A DNA stretch of 60,000 nucleotides from Camelus ferus (lineage: Eukaryota): NCBI RefSeq assembly GCF_009834535.1, contig NC_045697.1, positions 12,588,001 to 12,648,000 of the forward strand, written 5' to 3'. Every line of letters begins with the position of its first letter. The first letter of the stretch is position 1. The translations under genes were made by a program, and so were the position numbers. Of this stretch, positions 11,565 to 24,678 are shown one piece after another. The notes below the pieces were generated by a model. That model was not told the DNA's origin. It worked only from the letters and a program-made list of their open reading frames with translations, and made no database searches.

Positions 11565-12288
11565 GAAGGTGGAGCTACATCATGTTGGACCTTGTAGGAT
11601 TTGGTAAAAATTTGGAATGTAATGAAAAATCATTAGTGAATGTTACGCATGTGAGTAATACCTTCTGAGTTACACTTTTGAAAGGTCTCTAGGTCTAGAC
11701 TCTAAACGTGGAAGATGTAGGTGAGCAAAGTGATGGAAATTGAAGGGACAGCCCTGTAAGCCAGCTTTCTTGTGTATTTATAAACGTGGTAAATGCATGA
11801 GAACATCTGTTATTACATTAGTGTATTGCATTATTTATTACGACCCTAGTGGATGGCCGACAAACACTATTTTTCTTTTAAAAAAATGAAGAGGTTAATG
11901 CGGTGGTCTAAGCAACAGAAGACATTGGCTTGGATTTGTAGTAAAGATGAGGAGAAGTAGGCTGATTTTGGATATATTTTGGAAGATGAGTCAGTGGTGT
12001 TGCTATAGGACAATATGTGAATAGTGAATGAAAGAAGACTCAAAGCTATTCCTTGGACTTTGGACTAAGTGATGTGGTAGATGGTCATAATACATTCTAA
12101 GATAGGGAAGACTTGGAGGGGAGCAGATTTTAGGGCATAAGTTATTCTGTTTTGATCTTATTATGCTTGCTGTTCTTGTTATATATTCAAATGGAGATGC
12201 TGAAAGCAGTTGTGTATGAGAGTCTGGAGCTCACAGAAAAGGCTGAACCTGTGGATACTAATTTGAAAGTCATTAAGGTATAGAGAAT
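11565..12288 (-). mobile_element. L2 LINE fragments (continuation)
   Basis: ggatatattttggaagatgag...gatagggaagacttggaggggagcagatttt...aatggagatg...aatttgaaagtcattaaggtatag. Confidence 0.7.
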
Positions 12289-12539
12289 TTTTAAAAAAAA
12301 ATTTTCCCTTTTTCAGTTTTATTCAGTAGAATTCTTACAGTTCCAAAGAGAAAGAAAAATGCCATATGACATCATTTATATGAGAAATCTAAACAATAAT
12401 AATAATAATGACATAAATGAACTAATTATTTATAACTCAGATGATTAATTTCTTGGATATGTGTAAGCACATTTGACTGTTCTTTATGACTGGATTACTG
12501 CATTCTGTTGATTCTTATTTTGCAGTTGGCTTTATTCCT
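12289..12539 (-). mobile_element. Short 5'-inverted (twin-primed) L1 insertion
   Basis: Antisense 3' terminus (tttttcagttttattcagtagaatt) joined to sense-oriented ORF2 end/3'UTR (aagagaaagaaaaatgccatatg...ttggctttattcct); tagagaat on both sides. Confidence 0.7.
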
Positions 12540-12617
12540 TAGAGAATCTTCTTTAAAAATTATTTTTTTGCTATAGAGAATTTCCATTTCAAATACACAC
12601 AGAAGTGGATACACTAG

Positions 12618-12785
12618 TGCATTATTTTTCTGGGGCTGCCATAACAAAATACCACAGACTGGGTGTCTTAAAAAACAGAAATGTATTCACCCACAGTTCT
12701 TGAATCTGGAAGTCCAAGATCAGGTGTTGGCAGGTTTGGTTTCTTCTGAAGCCTTTCTTCTCGGCTTGTAGATGGCAGCCTTTTT
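12618..12785 (-). mobile_element. MLT1A/B/C LTR fragment
   Basis: gggctgccataacaaaataccacagactgggtgtctt...ggaagtccaagatcaggtgttggcagg. Confidence 0.8.
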
Positions 12786-14009
12786 GAGGTGACAGTTACA
12801 TAGGGTGGCTTGCTTGGAGATCCTTTGTGGGACTCACCTGAGGCTGGTTGTGCTGTGATAGTCTAAAACATGCAGTCATTGAACTTCTGAGGATGCTTGC
12901 TCTTGCCTAAGAATGGGATACATATGGCATTGTAAGAAACCCTGCATTGTGGAGGTTTATACTGTTTTTGCCAGTTGTGTGTATTTTTCATTGCTGTATT
13001 CAATTTTATCATACTGTATCCAAACTATTTTGCTAATATGATCTTGGGTCATTAAATTGTTATGATCCTCAGGGAATACAGTATCTCTCATTTGACAAAT
13101 GAAAAACTGAAGATCAAAAAATCAAATAACCCAAATCCACATACTCTAAAAGACTTAAGAATTTCTATTATGCCACTGTATTTTAGTAATTATCAATCAA
13201 TAATAATTATATTATTAAACCAGATAACTCTCACCCTTCTATTCCTAAATTTATTTTTTATTCCTCTAAAGTAATGTTATTGGGACTCTAACCATAGCAT
13301 CCCAAAGCAAATGAACATTCAATACACCTCATTTTGTATCAGTGCTGTTCAGCTCACCTCATTATTCAGGCATGTAATGCCATCTACGTACAAGGCATTC
13401 ACTAGGTGCTGGGGTTAAACAGAACTGAGTGAGATTTGAGCTCTTAAAAACTTATAATCTAGTGGGGGAAATGGAACTTCAGGTAACTAAGTAATCAACA
13501 AATATTGTCCCCATTTGATGAAAAAACTAAAGCTTAGAGAATTAAATGCTCCAGGTCACCCACCCCGTATGAATTTCCCTGCCTCGTTTTAGTAGAGAAT
13601 TTTAGCCAGTAGAGCATTCGACTGACTGATCATTGGGATATCTAGGCCTTAAATCCTTGTACTTTGTAATTAATTAAATGAGTGACTTTTGGCAAAAATG
13701 TCCTCCCTTTGCCTTAGTTATTTCACCTAATTATCACTACAGAGATAATAATTTATGCTGAACCTTTCTCATATAAAATCAGAGAATCAAAAATTGATGC
13801 CTATGAGAGTCCTTTGGAAATAAATTGTTCCTTATAAGGTGGTATCATCACCTTGTTTCTCTCTCGGTGGTAAGATGAGCATTATGAGTAAATGCCATCC
13901 ACATCACGTTTGGAACGTTGGACTAACCAAATGATGGGCTATAAGCTATCATTTTGGGGACATTATTCTGGCGGTGAAGGTTTTTAAAGATAATATCATG
14001 TAAAATCAA

Positions 14010-14205
14010 AAAGCAGACCAGATTTGAGGTCAGAGACCTGAGATTGTAGTCATCTATTTCCTAGTTTTGACAAGTCATTTAACTTCTCTGTACTTTGGTT
14101 TATTTGCCTGTGAAGTAGATATGTTAATACCTGTTCTGCCTCTCTTGTAGGAATATTGAAAAAACCAAATATAATGTATATGAAAGTCTTTTGTGAACCA
14201 TGAAA
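14010..14205 (+). mobile_element. MIR SINE
   Basis: ttgacaagtcatttaacttctctg...tttatttgcctgtgaag core. Confidence 0.65.
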
Positions 14206-14611
14206 AGCCCATTCTACTGGAATCTGATGAGGTCCAGAGATAGAAGCCATGACTGATTCATTTTATAACCTTAGGGTGCTAATAGGCAGCTTGTTACACA
14301 GCAGGAGTTTAATAAATTTTTATAGAAAAGAATCTGGACTCTGACCTGGTATTTGAGTTTCTCTTCTTTTTCTGTTTGCAGACAAGCGTAGCTCTGGGTT
14401 CAATCCAAAATCTATGATGTGAACTTCATTCTGCTTCCGGACCTGTGTGTTCTCCAGAGCTCTTCCACACTTCCCTCCCCATCCTTCCCCACCTCTATGC
14501 TGCCTTCCTCACCTTCAGGGCCTGGCTAAAGCCCAGGGTTTTTACCCAATATCACTCTCAAAATATCCTAATTATGATCGCATCACTGGAAAAGTCTCCT
14601 GAGACTTTCTT

Positions 14612-15036
14612 TTTTCCTTTCTTTTCTTACTGAAGTAAAGTCAGTTACAATGTGTCAGTTTCTAGTGTACTGTATGATGTTTCCATCATACATATACATA
14701 CATATATTTGTTTTCATATTCTTCTTCATTATAGGTTTCTATAAGATATTGAGTATAGTTCCCTGTACTATACAGATGAAATTTGATTTTTTAATTTATT
14801 ATATATATAACAGATAGTATTTGTACATCTCAAACTCCCAATTTATCCCTTCCAATCCCCTTCCCCCTGATCCCTGTAACTATAAGTTTGTTTATTATGT
14901 CTGTGAGTCTGTTTCTGTTTTGTAGATAAGTTTCTTAGTGTCTAGTGTCTTCTTTTTCTTTTCTTTTCTTTCTTCTTCTCCTTTTTTTTTAGATTCCGCA
15001 TATGAGTAATATCATATGGTATTTTCTTCTCTTTTT
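14612..15036 (-). mobile_element. Lineage-specific L1 3' end, 5'-truncated
   Basis: T-rich tail then actgaagtaaagtcagttacaatgtgtcag...ttagattccgcatatgag; TSD gactttctt at 14603-14611 and 15037-15045. Confidence 0.85.
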
Positions 15037-15795
15037 GACTTTCTTATCACATTGTAAATGTGTGATAAATTAATACTAAAAAGGCTGACAGGAGATGGGC
15101 TTAACTTCCCAAGGTGGATTCCATTTCTTTAAATCAATTCTTAAACATACTTCCTGTTAAATATTATACCCAAAGTTATTTCTTTTGGATAAGATACTTA
15201 TATGGGGAGATGGTTTTGCAATTTTAATCTCTGTATTAGAGATTATGTTTCTGATCAATAAAGTGATTTTTTTTCCTACAGTAATCAATAGAGAATACAG
15301 TAGCTACAAGCAGATTTTATTCTGTCATGACCTTTCTGAAGAACAGTGCTATTTTGAGTCACTCTGGGAAAGAAAGACAGAGGCACACATTAGGAGGTGA
15401 AACTGGGGAAGAGAAGTGAAACTTTTTTACATACCAGAAGTTAAGTCTGTATATGAACAAGTGTCAGTCACCTAGGAAGTAGAGGAGGGAGGCCAAGATT
15501 ACAAATGGGAACATGTGAAAAGCAACACGTGCAAGGTGTGGAGCAAAGATAAGTTCAGATAGCATCGACTTGAGTAATGTCCTCAGGCATCTGTGCTTAT
15601 TTACAAAGGCACCTCTTGCTTTTGCTTCACTAGTTCCCTTGCCTTTAGCCAACGTGGAGAAAGTGCCCTGTATCTGCCCCTTACTCTACACAAGGACATA
15701 GTTCATTTCAGAATGGAAGACACCTTTTTCCTCTCAGAACTGACTGCAGTAAGAGTCATGGGAGTTCATATTGCTGCTGTATTGACACATTAGTA

Positions 15796-16062
15796 TTCTC
15801 CTTTCCTCTCTTGTCATACCTTCTTCTTTGCCTTCACTGCCTCCTTCTTTTCCTCTTCCCCTCCCTCCTCCCTTTCCTACTCCCTCCTCCTCCTCTTCTA
15901 TCTCCTCTTCTTCTTTCCCTCCTCCTCCTCCTTCTCCTCCTCCTCTTCCTCCTCCTTCTTCCCCTTCATCCTCTTCCTTCCTCTTCCTTTTCTCCTCCCC
16001 CCTTCTTCCTTCTCCTTTGCCTCCCCCTCCTCTTTACTTTCCTTTTCACCTTCTCTTCTTTT
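15796..16062. repeat. Long polypyrimidine (CCT/CTT-rich) low-complexity tract
   Basis: About 265 nt almost entirely C/T on the + strand. Confidence 0.95.
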
Positions 16063-16349
16063 GGGAATAAAGGAGCAATACAAGAATTCAAAGGAGTTTG
16101 AGGTAATAGCAAAAGATTTTATCTTAGTAATCAGGGTAAATATATGGCATATGGCTCTGATATGGGGAAACACTGACACACGAACAAAATAATGTAAACA
16201 GGCCAACATAGGAAGCTACTCTGAAGCCCTAGGGCATGAAAATAAAAGCAGAATTAAGCAAAACGTCTAATAAGAGATTACACAGAAGGTTAGAGTTCCA
16301 AGTCCTTTAAAAATTGCTATCATTTAGGGAAGAAAATAACAATAATTTT

Positions 16350-17370
16350 TGTATCAATTATTTTTAGCAGCAAGTACCACAAAAATTGACTTATTTGGCT
16401 TAAATAAAGGATTGCATTTTCTTACCAAAAATAAATCCCAACAGAAGATAGTGTCAAAGAAAAACTGCATCAGAGGTAAACAGGCAAAACAGGCTTTATT
16501 CAAGACTATTGCAACAGGGGAGAGAACTCAACTCCACTGAAAGGAAAGGAAGAATTTTTAAGCCCTGGGGTAAGTTAGTAGAAAAGTACTAGATGATGTT
16601 GGTGAGGGACAATTGGCTGATGTGATTAAGTCATCTGTGTTTGCTAATTGGCACTTACCAAAGTTAGACTCTTACCTTCCTGCAGAGACTGGTAAATAGG
16701 ATATTATCTCTCTTGATGATTACGTTTCAAAGGCATTGCTCCCAGATTCTTGAGAAAGATACTCTTGGGTTGTAAAACTGGCAAGAGGCTGAAAGGAGAT
16801 TTATATCTCAAAGGGGTAGAGGAAGAATTTACAATTTTAAGTTTTCTAAAGTAATATTCTAAGAAAAAGGAAGTCAGGACCTTTAGTAAAGAAGAAACTT
16901 AAAGTTTAGTTAAGCTGAGAAGAATGTCAAAGCCATCTTGCTCACTAGTTCTGAGGTTTGATTCAAAGTAAGACTGACAACCTTAAGGAACCAGAGTGTT
17001 TCTGTCTTTGCTCACATGCATCTGATAGCCTCCACTACTTTATTGTTCACATAACTGAAAATCAAGGGGAACTGACATCAGATATTGTTGAACATAGGTG
17101 CTTAAATTTAATCAAAAAATCTGTTTTTTTAATGTTTTAATTCATAGTTGTTTCCCTACTTCACTCTCAGGCAGATTTTTCTCTCATGGTAGCAAGATAT
17201 CCATACCAATTCTAGACCTACATTCTTTCAGCCTAGCATAATGTCAGAAAGAGAGTGTCTCATTCTCAATAATTTCATCCCCAGTCCCTGATGTAGTTTT
17301 CACTGTTCAGCTTGGTTTAGGTATCCAGCTTTGAGTCCATCTCCTAGGCCAGGAGATTAGGATACACGGG
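16350..17370 (-). mobile_element. Old MLT1 (K/L-like) LTR remnant hosting the MER67-like LTR
   Basis: gcaagtaccacaaaaattgacttatttggcttaaataaagg on the left; ctcatggtagcaagat...cagaaagagag on the right. Confidence 0.5.
16452..16944 (-). mobile_element. MER67-like ERV1 solo LTR
   Basis: TG...CA ends; minus strand starts tgagcaagatggctttgacattcttctcagcttaactaaactt; AATAAA on minus strand; flanks atag/ctag (4-bp TSD, 1 mismatch). Confidence 0.75.
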
Positions 17371-19122
17371 GGTATCATACATCCCTGAAACTAGAAGATG
17401 AGTTCTTTCCTAACTATATAGATGGCAGTTCCTAAGGGGGAAAATCACTGTGCTTTCCCAGAAAAAGGTGAAATGTATGCCAAGAAGGTTAAAACAATAT
17501 ATGACTATTCTATGGTTTTTCAAGTTCTCTTCCCACTTTTGTTCATGGAACAAGCAGAGTGGGGCTGTGCTGAAGGTAGGAACTTAAAATGTGAAACCAA
17601 GGGCCAGATCATCTACATTGCTCTATCATTGCTGGCAGATGATGCTACTGAAATACGAGTTACTATCACTGCATATTCAGATATGTGTTGCAGTTCTTCC
17701 TATACTAGGAAGGCTGCACATCAAACTAACTTGGTGACTCTAGCATAAAGATTCTTCTTTCTTTATATTTATTAAGATTTCATGCACCCCAAGCCTCTCT
17801 CTGCTGATTCTTTTGGTTCCCATGTTGACTTTTCTGAAAGAGATTGTGAGCTTAACTGCCTCTTCTCAGAGATTCCCGTGCAAATCTTGCCCACCAATTC
17901 ATATGCTTGTCTTTTGTCTTGAGACTTATTCTATATATGGTTCTGTCCACTGTTTTGGATGCTTTCTCCTCACCATTGTTTGGTCTCTTTCTGTTTGGCT
18001 TTCTACTAGGGTTCCCTCTTTTTACTTTGCCCTAGATTGCCAACTTCCTACAGGATGGACTATTCAGATCTGATCGTGCATGCTTAAACATACTGCTTCT
18101 TAACTTTTACCTTGGTCCCTTGTACTGAGATTTACAGGCAAATCTATACTACAGTTTAACTCAGACCTTCAGAATATTACATCTCAACCAGTTCTCAGTG
18201 ACCCTAAGATTTTATTTTCTGAGAATTGAGATAAGAGAAGGCAATGAGGAGTTAAAATCAGTATTCTGATTTGTTTGGCAATATAGTTCTCATTATAAAC
18301 ATGTAAGTTGGATTTCTACTTTATATATCACCTTCTGTGACATTTGGTTGGTACTGTCACTCTGGGTTTGCTAGTAGAGGGGAGTCTCTTGATAAAGACA
18401 ATGGATTTGGACCTGAGACCCATTTTGAGTTCCAATGCAAAACTGCACATGTACAAATTAGCCTCTCTGAGCTTCAATTTTTTTATATCCTAACTACAAA
18501 TGATGAAGGCTGTTTCTTAAGGAGACACATGATCCATAAATACTTAGTAAATGCTCTTCACATGGTAGTAATATTGCATTAAAAGAAGAGCCTAAGAAGA
18601 ATGTAGGCTCAGATTCTAAGGCATGGTGGCAGCTCAAAGATACTACTACCATGTAGGAGTCTGCTTGAGAAGGCTTCTTTTCTTTCACAACTTCCCGACC
18701 AATGTACCATAACATATTGGTATGCTGTGAATAGACAAAAATGCCTTGAGTTATCAATCCTCTCTGACTTCTGAGCAGCTGAGCAGATCCTGGGAGTTGC
18801 TGAAGTTCCTTGGGTGGTTGTCATAATTCAAAAACAACCTCATCTATTTACTTTATTGTGCCATACAAATATTTTCAGTTACCATATGTGTCATGATGTA
18901 AAATAGTTTGGAAAAGAGAACTCTATTTTTCTTTAGGATATGTGTGATGAATGGCACATATAATAAATGTCATAGGAAAATGAATGTTAAGAACAGAAAG
19001 CTGAGTAAATTGGTGATGATTGAGCTAATTCTTGAAGAAGAAGGAAGATTCAGCATACTAGGAAGCAGAAGAAAAGAACCAAGGCAGAAAAATTTAAAGT
19101 GAGGAACAGATACATTTACTGA

Positions 19123-19465
19123 CTGTGCTAGTCAGGGTGCTTAACACTAGCTGCCATAAGGGCTTGTCTGTGTCTGTTTCTCACTCATACAAAGTCTGGT
19201 GTCAGTTAGGTAGCCCTCCATCTTATAGCCATACCATCTGGAACCTATGGCCTCCAAAGTTGCACTAACAGTGAAGGGAAGGTCAGAGGATATCGGAGGA
19301 TGTGCAAATAGTTAGGCCTACTTATGTCATCTTTATCACACCCCATTGGCCAGAGCTCATTCATATTGCTTCACTCTAACTCTGTGGGAGGTTGGAAAAT
19401 GTAGACTTCCTATGTGATCAGAAAGAGAAAATGGTGTTTGAATACATAACTTTATGTCTGTCATA
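19123..19465 (-). mobile_element. MLT1I/J-like LTR
   Basis: tgtgctagtcaggg...ccattggccagagctc...ggaggttggaaaatgtag. Confidence 0.6.
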
Positions 19466-20744
19466 ATAATATAGGGACATCTACATGGGAATCCTAATTA
19501 CCAGCCAGGATTGATTGAGGAGCAAGTTACCATGAGAAAGATAATGAGCTGGGGAGTCTCAATGTCATATCCATAAGTTAATGCAGCCTAATATATTTTT
19601 CACCATTAAAGGATATAAAGATGAGAATTCACATGTCAGCTGGTCAAGACGATGGGGACACTTGACAGTCTTGATTGGTTCCCATTAGCTGTTCTTGCCT
19701 CTGCTGATCAGCTATTGCTTCTGTCTAAGTCCTATCATATTTATGCCCTTAGTAAATGTGGGAATTGGTGTCATAGAAATTCTGGATGTTACGGAGCTTG
19801 GTGCTTCCTCAAGAGAATATCAGGTGTGCTTGGAAAATCTTTATGGGAGTTCTTTATAAGGGTTATAGGAGAGAAGGCTGAAAGAGTATCTTGTATCTAA
19901 AATGTTGATTGTGAAGGGGCAGACTTTCCATGTCAGGCTAAAGAATATCTTCTTCATTCTTAGAGTGTGGGGAGTAACTGAAAAATTTTGAGCAGAGTTG
20001 TCATCTTGTTTATCAAACTATGCCTTAGGGAGACTAATCTGGCTTTTCCTAATGCCCACTGCAAGCTAGGTTAATACACCCCTTTTCTGTGACTCCATTT
20101 CTCTCGGTGATTCTGTCTGTGATTGCACGTACAACTTTCTTGTGCTAAGATTGTTTTGTGTTGCCCTCATCTACTCTAATGAGCTCATCCTGGACTCAGA
20201 CTAGCCTGATTTGTTGTCTTGTCTCAGTGTTTCACATATTGCCTGATAGAGGAGATAGCAACTCATTTATGGAGCACGCATTTTCAAAAAGCAGTTTATA
20301 AGGTCACCTCCTTCATCCCCCTCATCAAGCCAATCTGGTTAACTGGCACTTCAACTCTTCTGTGAAACAGATATTCCCAAACCCAAGCCCTGAAAGGAAC
20401 TAAGTAACCTCTGAATCATCAAAGAGGTCTAATTATAGTCAACCTATATTTTAGTGACTGATATATTGGCTGTATGAAATTATTTGGAAAATTGCTCCTT
20501 GGTACACAGGATATTTTTTTAAGTAGAACATCCTATTTCTCAGCTATCGTTATCTCTTTATGTTGATTTAAATCATCTATTTGAATGGGTGAGCAGGCCA
20601 CAAGAAATCAAATGATTTCAGTAGTTTTATGACTATTTAGTGGAGATTTACAAACAAAAATAGAGTATAGAGACTGACTATATATCTTTTTTTTCTAGAA
20701 GTAAGCTAATCTTATAGGATTCCAGTGAGATATGGAAAGGACTA

Positions 20745-20945
20745 AAAATTTTTGAGTACCTGAATACTCTGGGAAACATGCTAGGTATTATATATATTTT
20801 TTTCCTTTTAAATCTCCTAATAACCTGCAGAGTTAGCATCAGTTTCCCCATTTTGCAGGTGAGGAGATTAAATCTCAGAGAGATTACATCTGTTGTCCAA
20901 CGCAAACATTCAGTAGATGATCCGTAAGACCCCAAAATTTGCAAA
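20745..20945 (-). mobile_element. MIR SINE
   Basis: ccccattttgcaggtgaggagattaaatctcagagagatt. Confidence 0.75.
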
Positions 20946-22679
20946 TCAACTTTCCATAGGGTTAAAACAGATCTGACTCTTTAGCGTGGTTAAGACAACA
21001 GCTTGTGTAAATATCTGAAACTAACTTGTCCATAATGCAATAACCATTTTTCTGCCCTTTCCCACCCCCTTCCTATTCTTCTGATTCTTCCACAGTGTTC
21101 TACTTAATTGGCATTGGCATTGCAGGAGTCTGTTCCTTGGGGATTTGCCTCACCTTAGATAGCCTGTATGCAAAGCACCTCTCAGCATAGAAAGATCAAC
21201 TTGTAAATGTTTCTGTGGCAACCATGGACTCCCAAAGACTGCTTAGTTCCTCCTTTGACCATGAATCTGAAAGCCAACAAAATAGATGCTTTTAAAAGTT
21301 TTATTTTAAAGTCCACTTACCAACGGTGAGAGACTAATTTTTCAAAGTATAATTAGTTATGCAACCCCTGCAGATTGTTGCTGATCTAAATTGAGCAGCT
21401 TTGAGCCATCCTCTTCCCTCAACACCTAGCACCCCTGTCAATACAGTTTTTTTTTTTTTTCCACTTTATTTTCTCCTGGAGGGGCCTTACTGACTTGGTT
21501 TTTGTATGCAGTTGAAAAAAATACAATGCAAAGATATATTTCAAATAAGATCATATTATCAGTAAGGCTTGCCACATCTTCATCCCAATAACCAGAATAT
21601 TTTGTGTGGTATCAATGCTGCGTGACACAATTGAGCATATTTTTTGCTTTCAAAAATTTTTTGGAAAACAAAATGTTTTTAAACAGCCTTTTCTCTCTTT
21701 TTACTTAACAAATAATACAATGCTTATCTAGTGGGAAATTCATGGAGGAGTTATATTCAAAGTTGTAAGTTAAAAAAAGAGACCCGACAGCTTGAATATT
21801 TCTTGTTCTCATAATGATTTAAAATGCAGTGACCATATTTTCTGAACAAAATATTGAGACAATTGTCTCACACGTTGTGTGGCAATGGGAGGAAATGTTG
21901 GCAATGAGGGTTGTCTTAGGAAAATTTCATGAGTAATGTTGGTCTCTTCTAACTGGAGAAGGAAGGAGAGATGTTCATAAACTCTGAAGCAGAGGTGGGT
22001 AAGCCTCCATGTACCTGTGAGACTTCTCCTGTGGCCTCAGCTCCGTGCTACATGCTGTGGGATGTTAAAAAACAACGCTGTCTTTGAGAAACTTAGAACC
22101 CACTTGAGAATGCAAGGTGAACACGCCTAAAGCCGTCAGGGAACAGTGGATAACAGAGGAGAGTGGGTAGTTATGAGTGATCCTGCAATGTCCTCATAAT
22201 AAAGCGGCCGTAGGGAGAGAGAGTGATTTCTTGTTTCTACAGCTGAACCTGAGTTCCTTCATCCAATGGCAAAAAGCCTTGATATTTTCCATCTATCCGA
22301 CCTTTTCTCAGTCTCTTGGGGCCTATCTCTGTCCTTTTAGGTTTTTCCCTCCTCCTCCCTCTCCCCTTCTCCTTAACTGAGGTAAGTCAAAGGGGCCTTT
22401 CGTAAAATCATGACACTGCAAGAGTGTAGGAATCAAGACTGATGTGTGTTGGCTTCAGTGCAGAGCTGGCACCTGCTGGGGGCTCACTGTCTTGTCTATT
22501 CTTGGGTTCACACCACCTCCATGCTTCCATTCACTGGGGTGGCCAAAATGCATTTGGCTTCTGGTCACATGATTTAAACTGCCTTCCTGCTTACTTCCAC
22601 TGAGAAACCATTTTCAGAGTGAATTCTCTTCTCTCTGTCTCTGTGTCTCTGTCTTTGCCTTTGTCTTTCTCTCTCCATC

Positions 22680-23966
22680 CATGAGAGTAAGGGTCCAAAC
22701 TTGGACTAGAAATACTGGAGAAAAAAAAAACAAAACCCGTAACTGTTTACAGGCACTGGCCAACAGGCAGTATAGGAGTTAGGGTCCCTGAGAGGAGAAA
22801 CACGTACAAGATGAAGTCTACCATGCCCCAGTTTTCTGCCCAGAGGTAATTTTCAGTGTGTAGTGCGGGCAGGGGGAACCCAAGCAGAGCACAGTGGTCT
22901 TGTTGAGTTGAGGAGACAGATGTTTGGAGTTTGGGGAGACCTAGGTGAATATAATTTTCAGGACAAACTCCTGAAGAAATGTGAACTTAGCAAAGAAAGA
23001 GTTCCAAAAATCCACACAGGAGTCCTTGTGAGTCTTTGAGTACCAGTCTGTGCATGTGTCAGGTGAAATTCCACAAGTATGGACTGTAAGACAACTTCTC
23101 AGGGAAGAAAAATTTCCTGAGAGCTGAACACTGAATAAGTCCCAGACTCACACAGGACTTGGAATCATTTGACTTTCACATTCAGAACAGAGAGAACATA
23201 TTAAATACATGGGACAATTATTAGAAACCCTTGAAAAGTTATGCTTAGTGATACTAAATTCCACCTATAGGTAAGTCTGCTGTAGATTACCCCTAAAATA
23301 GCTTGAAAACAATACTCAGAAGGAGCAAATTATTAAGCAGACAGAGTAAATGCTTCCTGTAATAAGTTCAAACTTCTTTCATAGACTACACCAAACTAGC
23401 ACTCAACTATGTAAAATTCGCAATGTCTGGCATCCAATCAAAAAGTGTGAGACGTGAAGAAACAAGAAATTGTGACCCATAACCAGGAGAAAAAACTAGG
23501 ACAATAAAAATAAGCCCATAAATAACAGCGATGAAAGGAGTAGTAGACAGGGATCTTAAAGGCGCTTCTATAAATATGCTCACGCTTTTAAAGAAACATG
23601 AACCTAAAGAGGAAAGACATGGGAGAAATGCTTCAAAGACAAATGGAGATGCTAAAGATGGAAAATAAGATTATCTGAAATAAAATCTTCATTGACAGCT
23701 CTTAAAACAGACACTTCAGAAGGAAAGATCAGGGAACTTGCAACATAGCAACAAAAACTATTCAAAATGAAGAACAGGAGGAATAGAATAAACAAAAACA
23801 AAGAATAAGTCATCTGAGAAAAACATCAAGCTGTCTAACACATATACTCTGTAACTGGTGTCCTAGACTAAATTTTTCTGTAAATCTAAAACTGTCCCCC
23901 AAAATAAAGTAGTTCTTAAAAAAATAATTAAAGGATGAAATAATGTTCCATGATATCACTAATTAT
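22680..23966 (+). mobile_element. Ancient L1M 5' end and decayed ORF1 region
   Basis: Motifs of old L1 5' ends (aaaattcgcaatgtctggcatccaatcaaaa, gtgacccataaccaggagaaaaa, gaaggaaagatcagggaacttg). Confidence 0.7.
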
Positions 23967-23974
23967 AAGAAAGT

Positions 23975-24352
23975 TTGGTGCAGCCACTATGGAAAACAGT
24001 GTGGAGATTCCTCAAAAGACTAGGAATAGACTTACCATATGACCCAGGAATCCCACTCCTGGGCTTGTATCCAGAAGGAAATCTACTTCAGGATGACACC
24101 TGCACCCCAATGTTCATAGCAGCACTATTTACAATAGCCAAAACATGGAAACAGCCTAAATGTCCATCAACAGGTGACTGGATAAAGAAGAGGTGGTATA
24201 TTTATACAATGGAATACTACTCAGCCATAAAAACCGACAACATAATGCCATTTGCAGCAACATGGATGCTCCTGGAGAATGTCATTCTAAGTGAAGTAAG
24301 CCAGAAAGAGAAAGAAAAATACCATATGAGATCGCTCATATGTGGAATCTAA
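23975..24352 (+). pseudogene. LINE-1 ORF2p C-terminal 125 aa (uninterrupted fragment)
   Basis: [13 protein letters not shown]...[10 protein letters not shown]...[23 protein letters not shown]...WYIYTMEYYSAIK...PFAATWM. Confidence 0.92.
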
Positions 24353-24678
24353 AAAACAAAAACAAAAACAAACAAACAAACAAAAACAAAGTGTAAATAA
24401 AGGACAGAAATAGACTCACAGACAGAGAATACAGACTTGTGGTTACCAGGGGGGTGGAGGGTGGGAAGGGATAGACTGGGATTTCAAAATTGTAGAATAG
24501 ACTACACTGTATAGCACAGGGAAATATACACAAAATGTTATGATAACTCACAGAGAAAAAAATGTGACAATGAGTGTGTATATGTCCATGAATAACTGAA
24601 AAATTGTGCTGAACACTGGAATTTGACACAACATTGTAAAATGATTATAAATCAATAAAAAATGTTAAAAAAAAAAAA
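23976..24678 (+). mobile_element. Young lineage-specific L1, 5'-truncated, with poly(A) and TSD
   Basis: Open ORF2 C-terminus, 3'UTR, aataaa and A15 tail; TSD aagaaagtt at 23967-23975 and 24679-24687. Confidence 0.93.

Noticed and set aside
15811..16209. Pro/Leu-rich and Glu/Lys-rich ORFs
   Set aside because: They are translations of the CT-rich low-complexity tract.
17422..18073. Consecutive ORFs of 108 and 86 aa
   Set aside because: No recognisable domain or splice context; lengths are within chance expectation.
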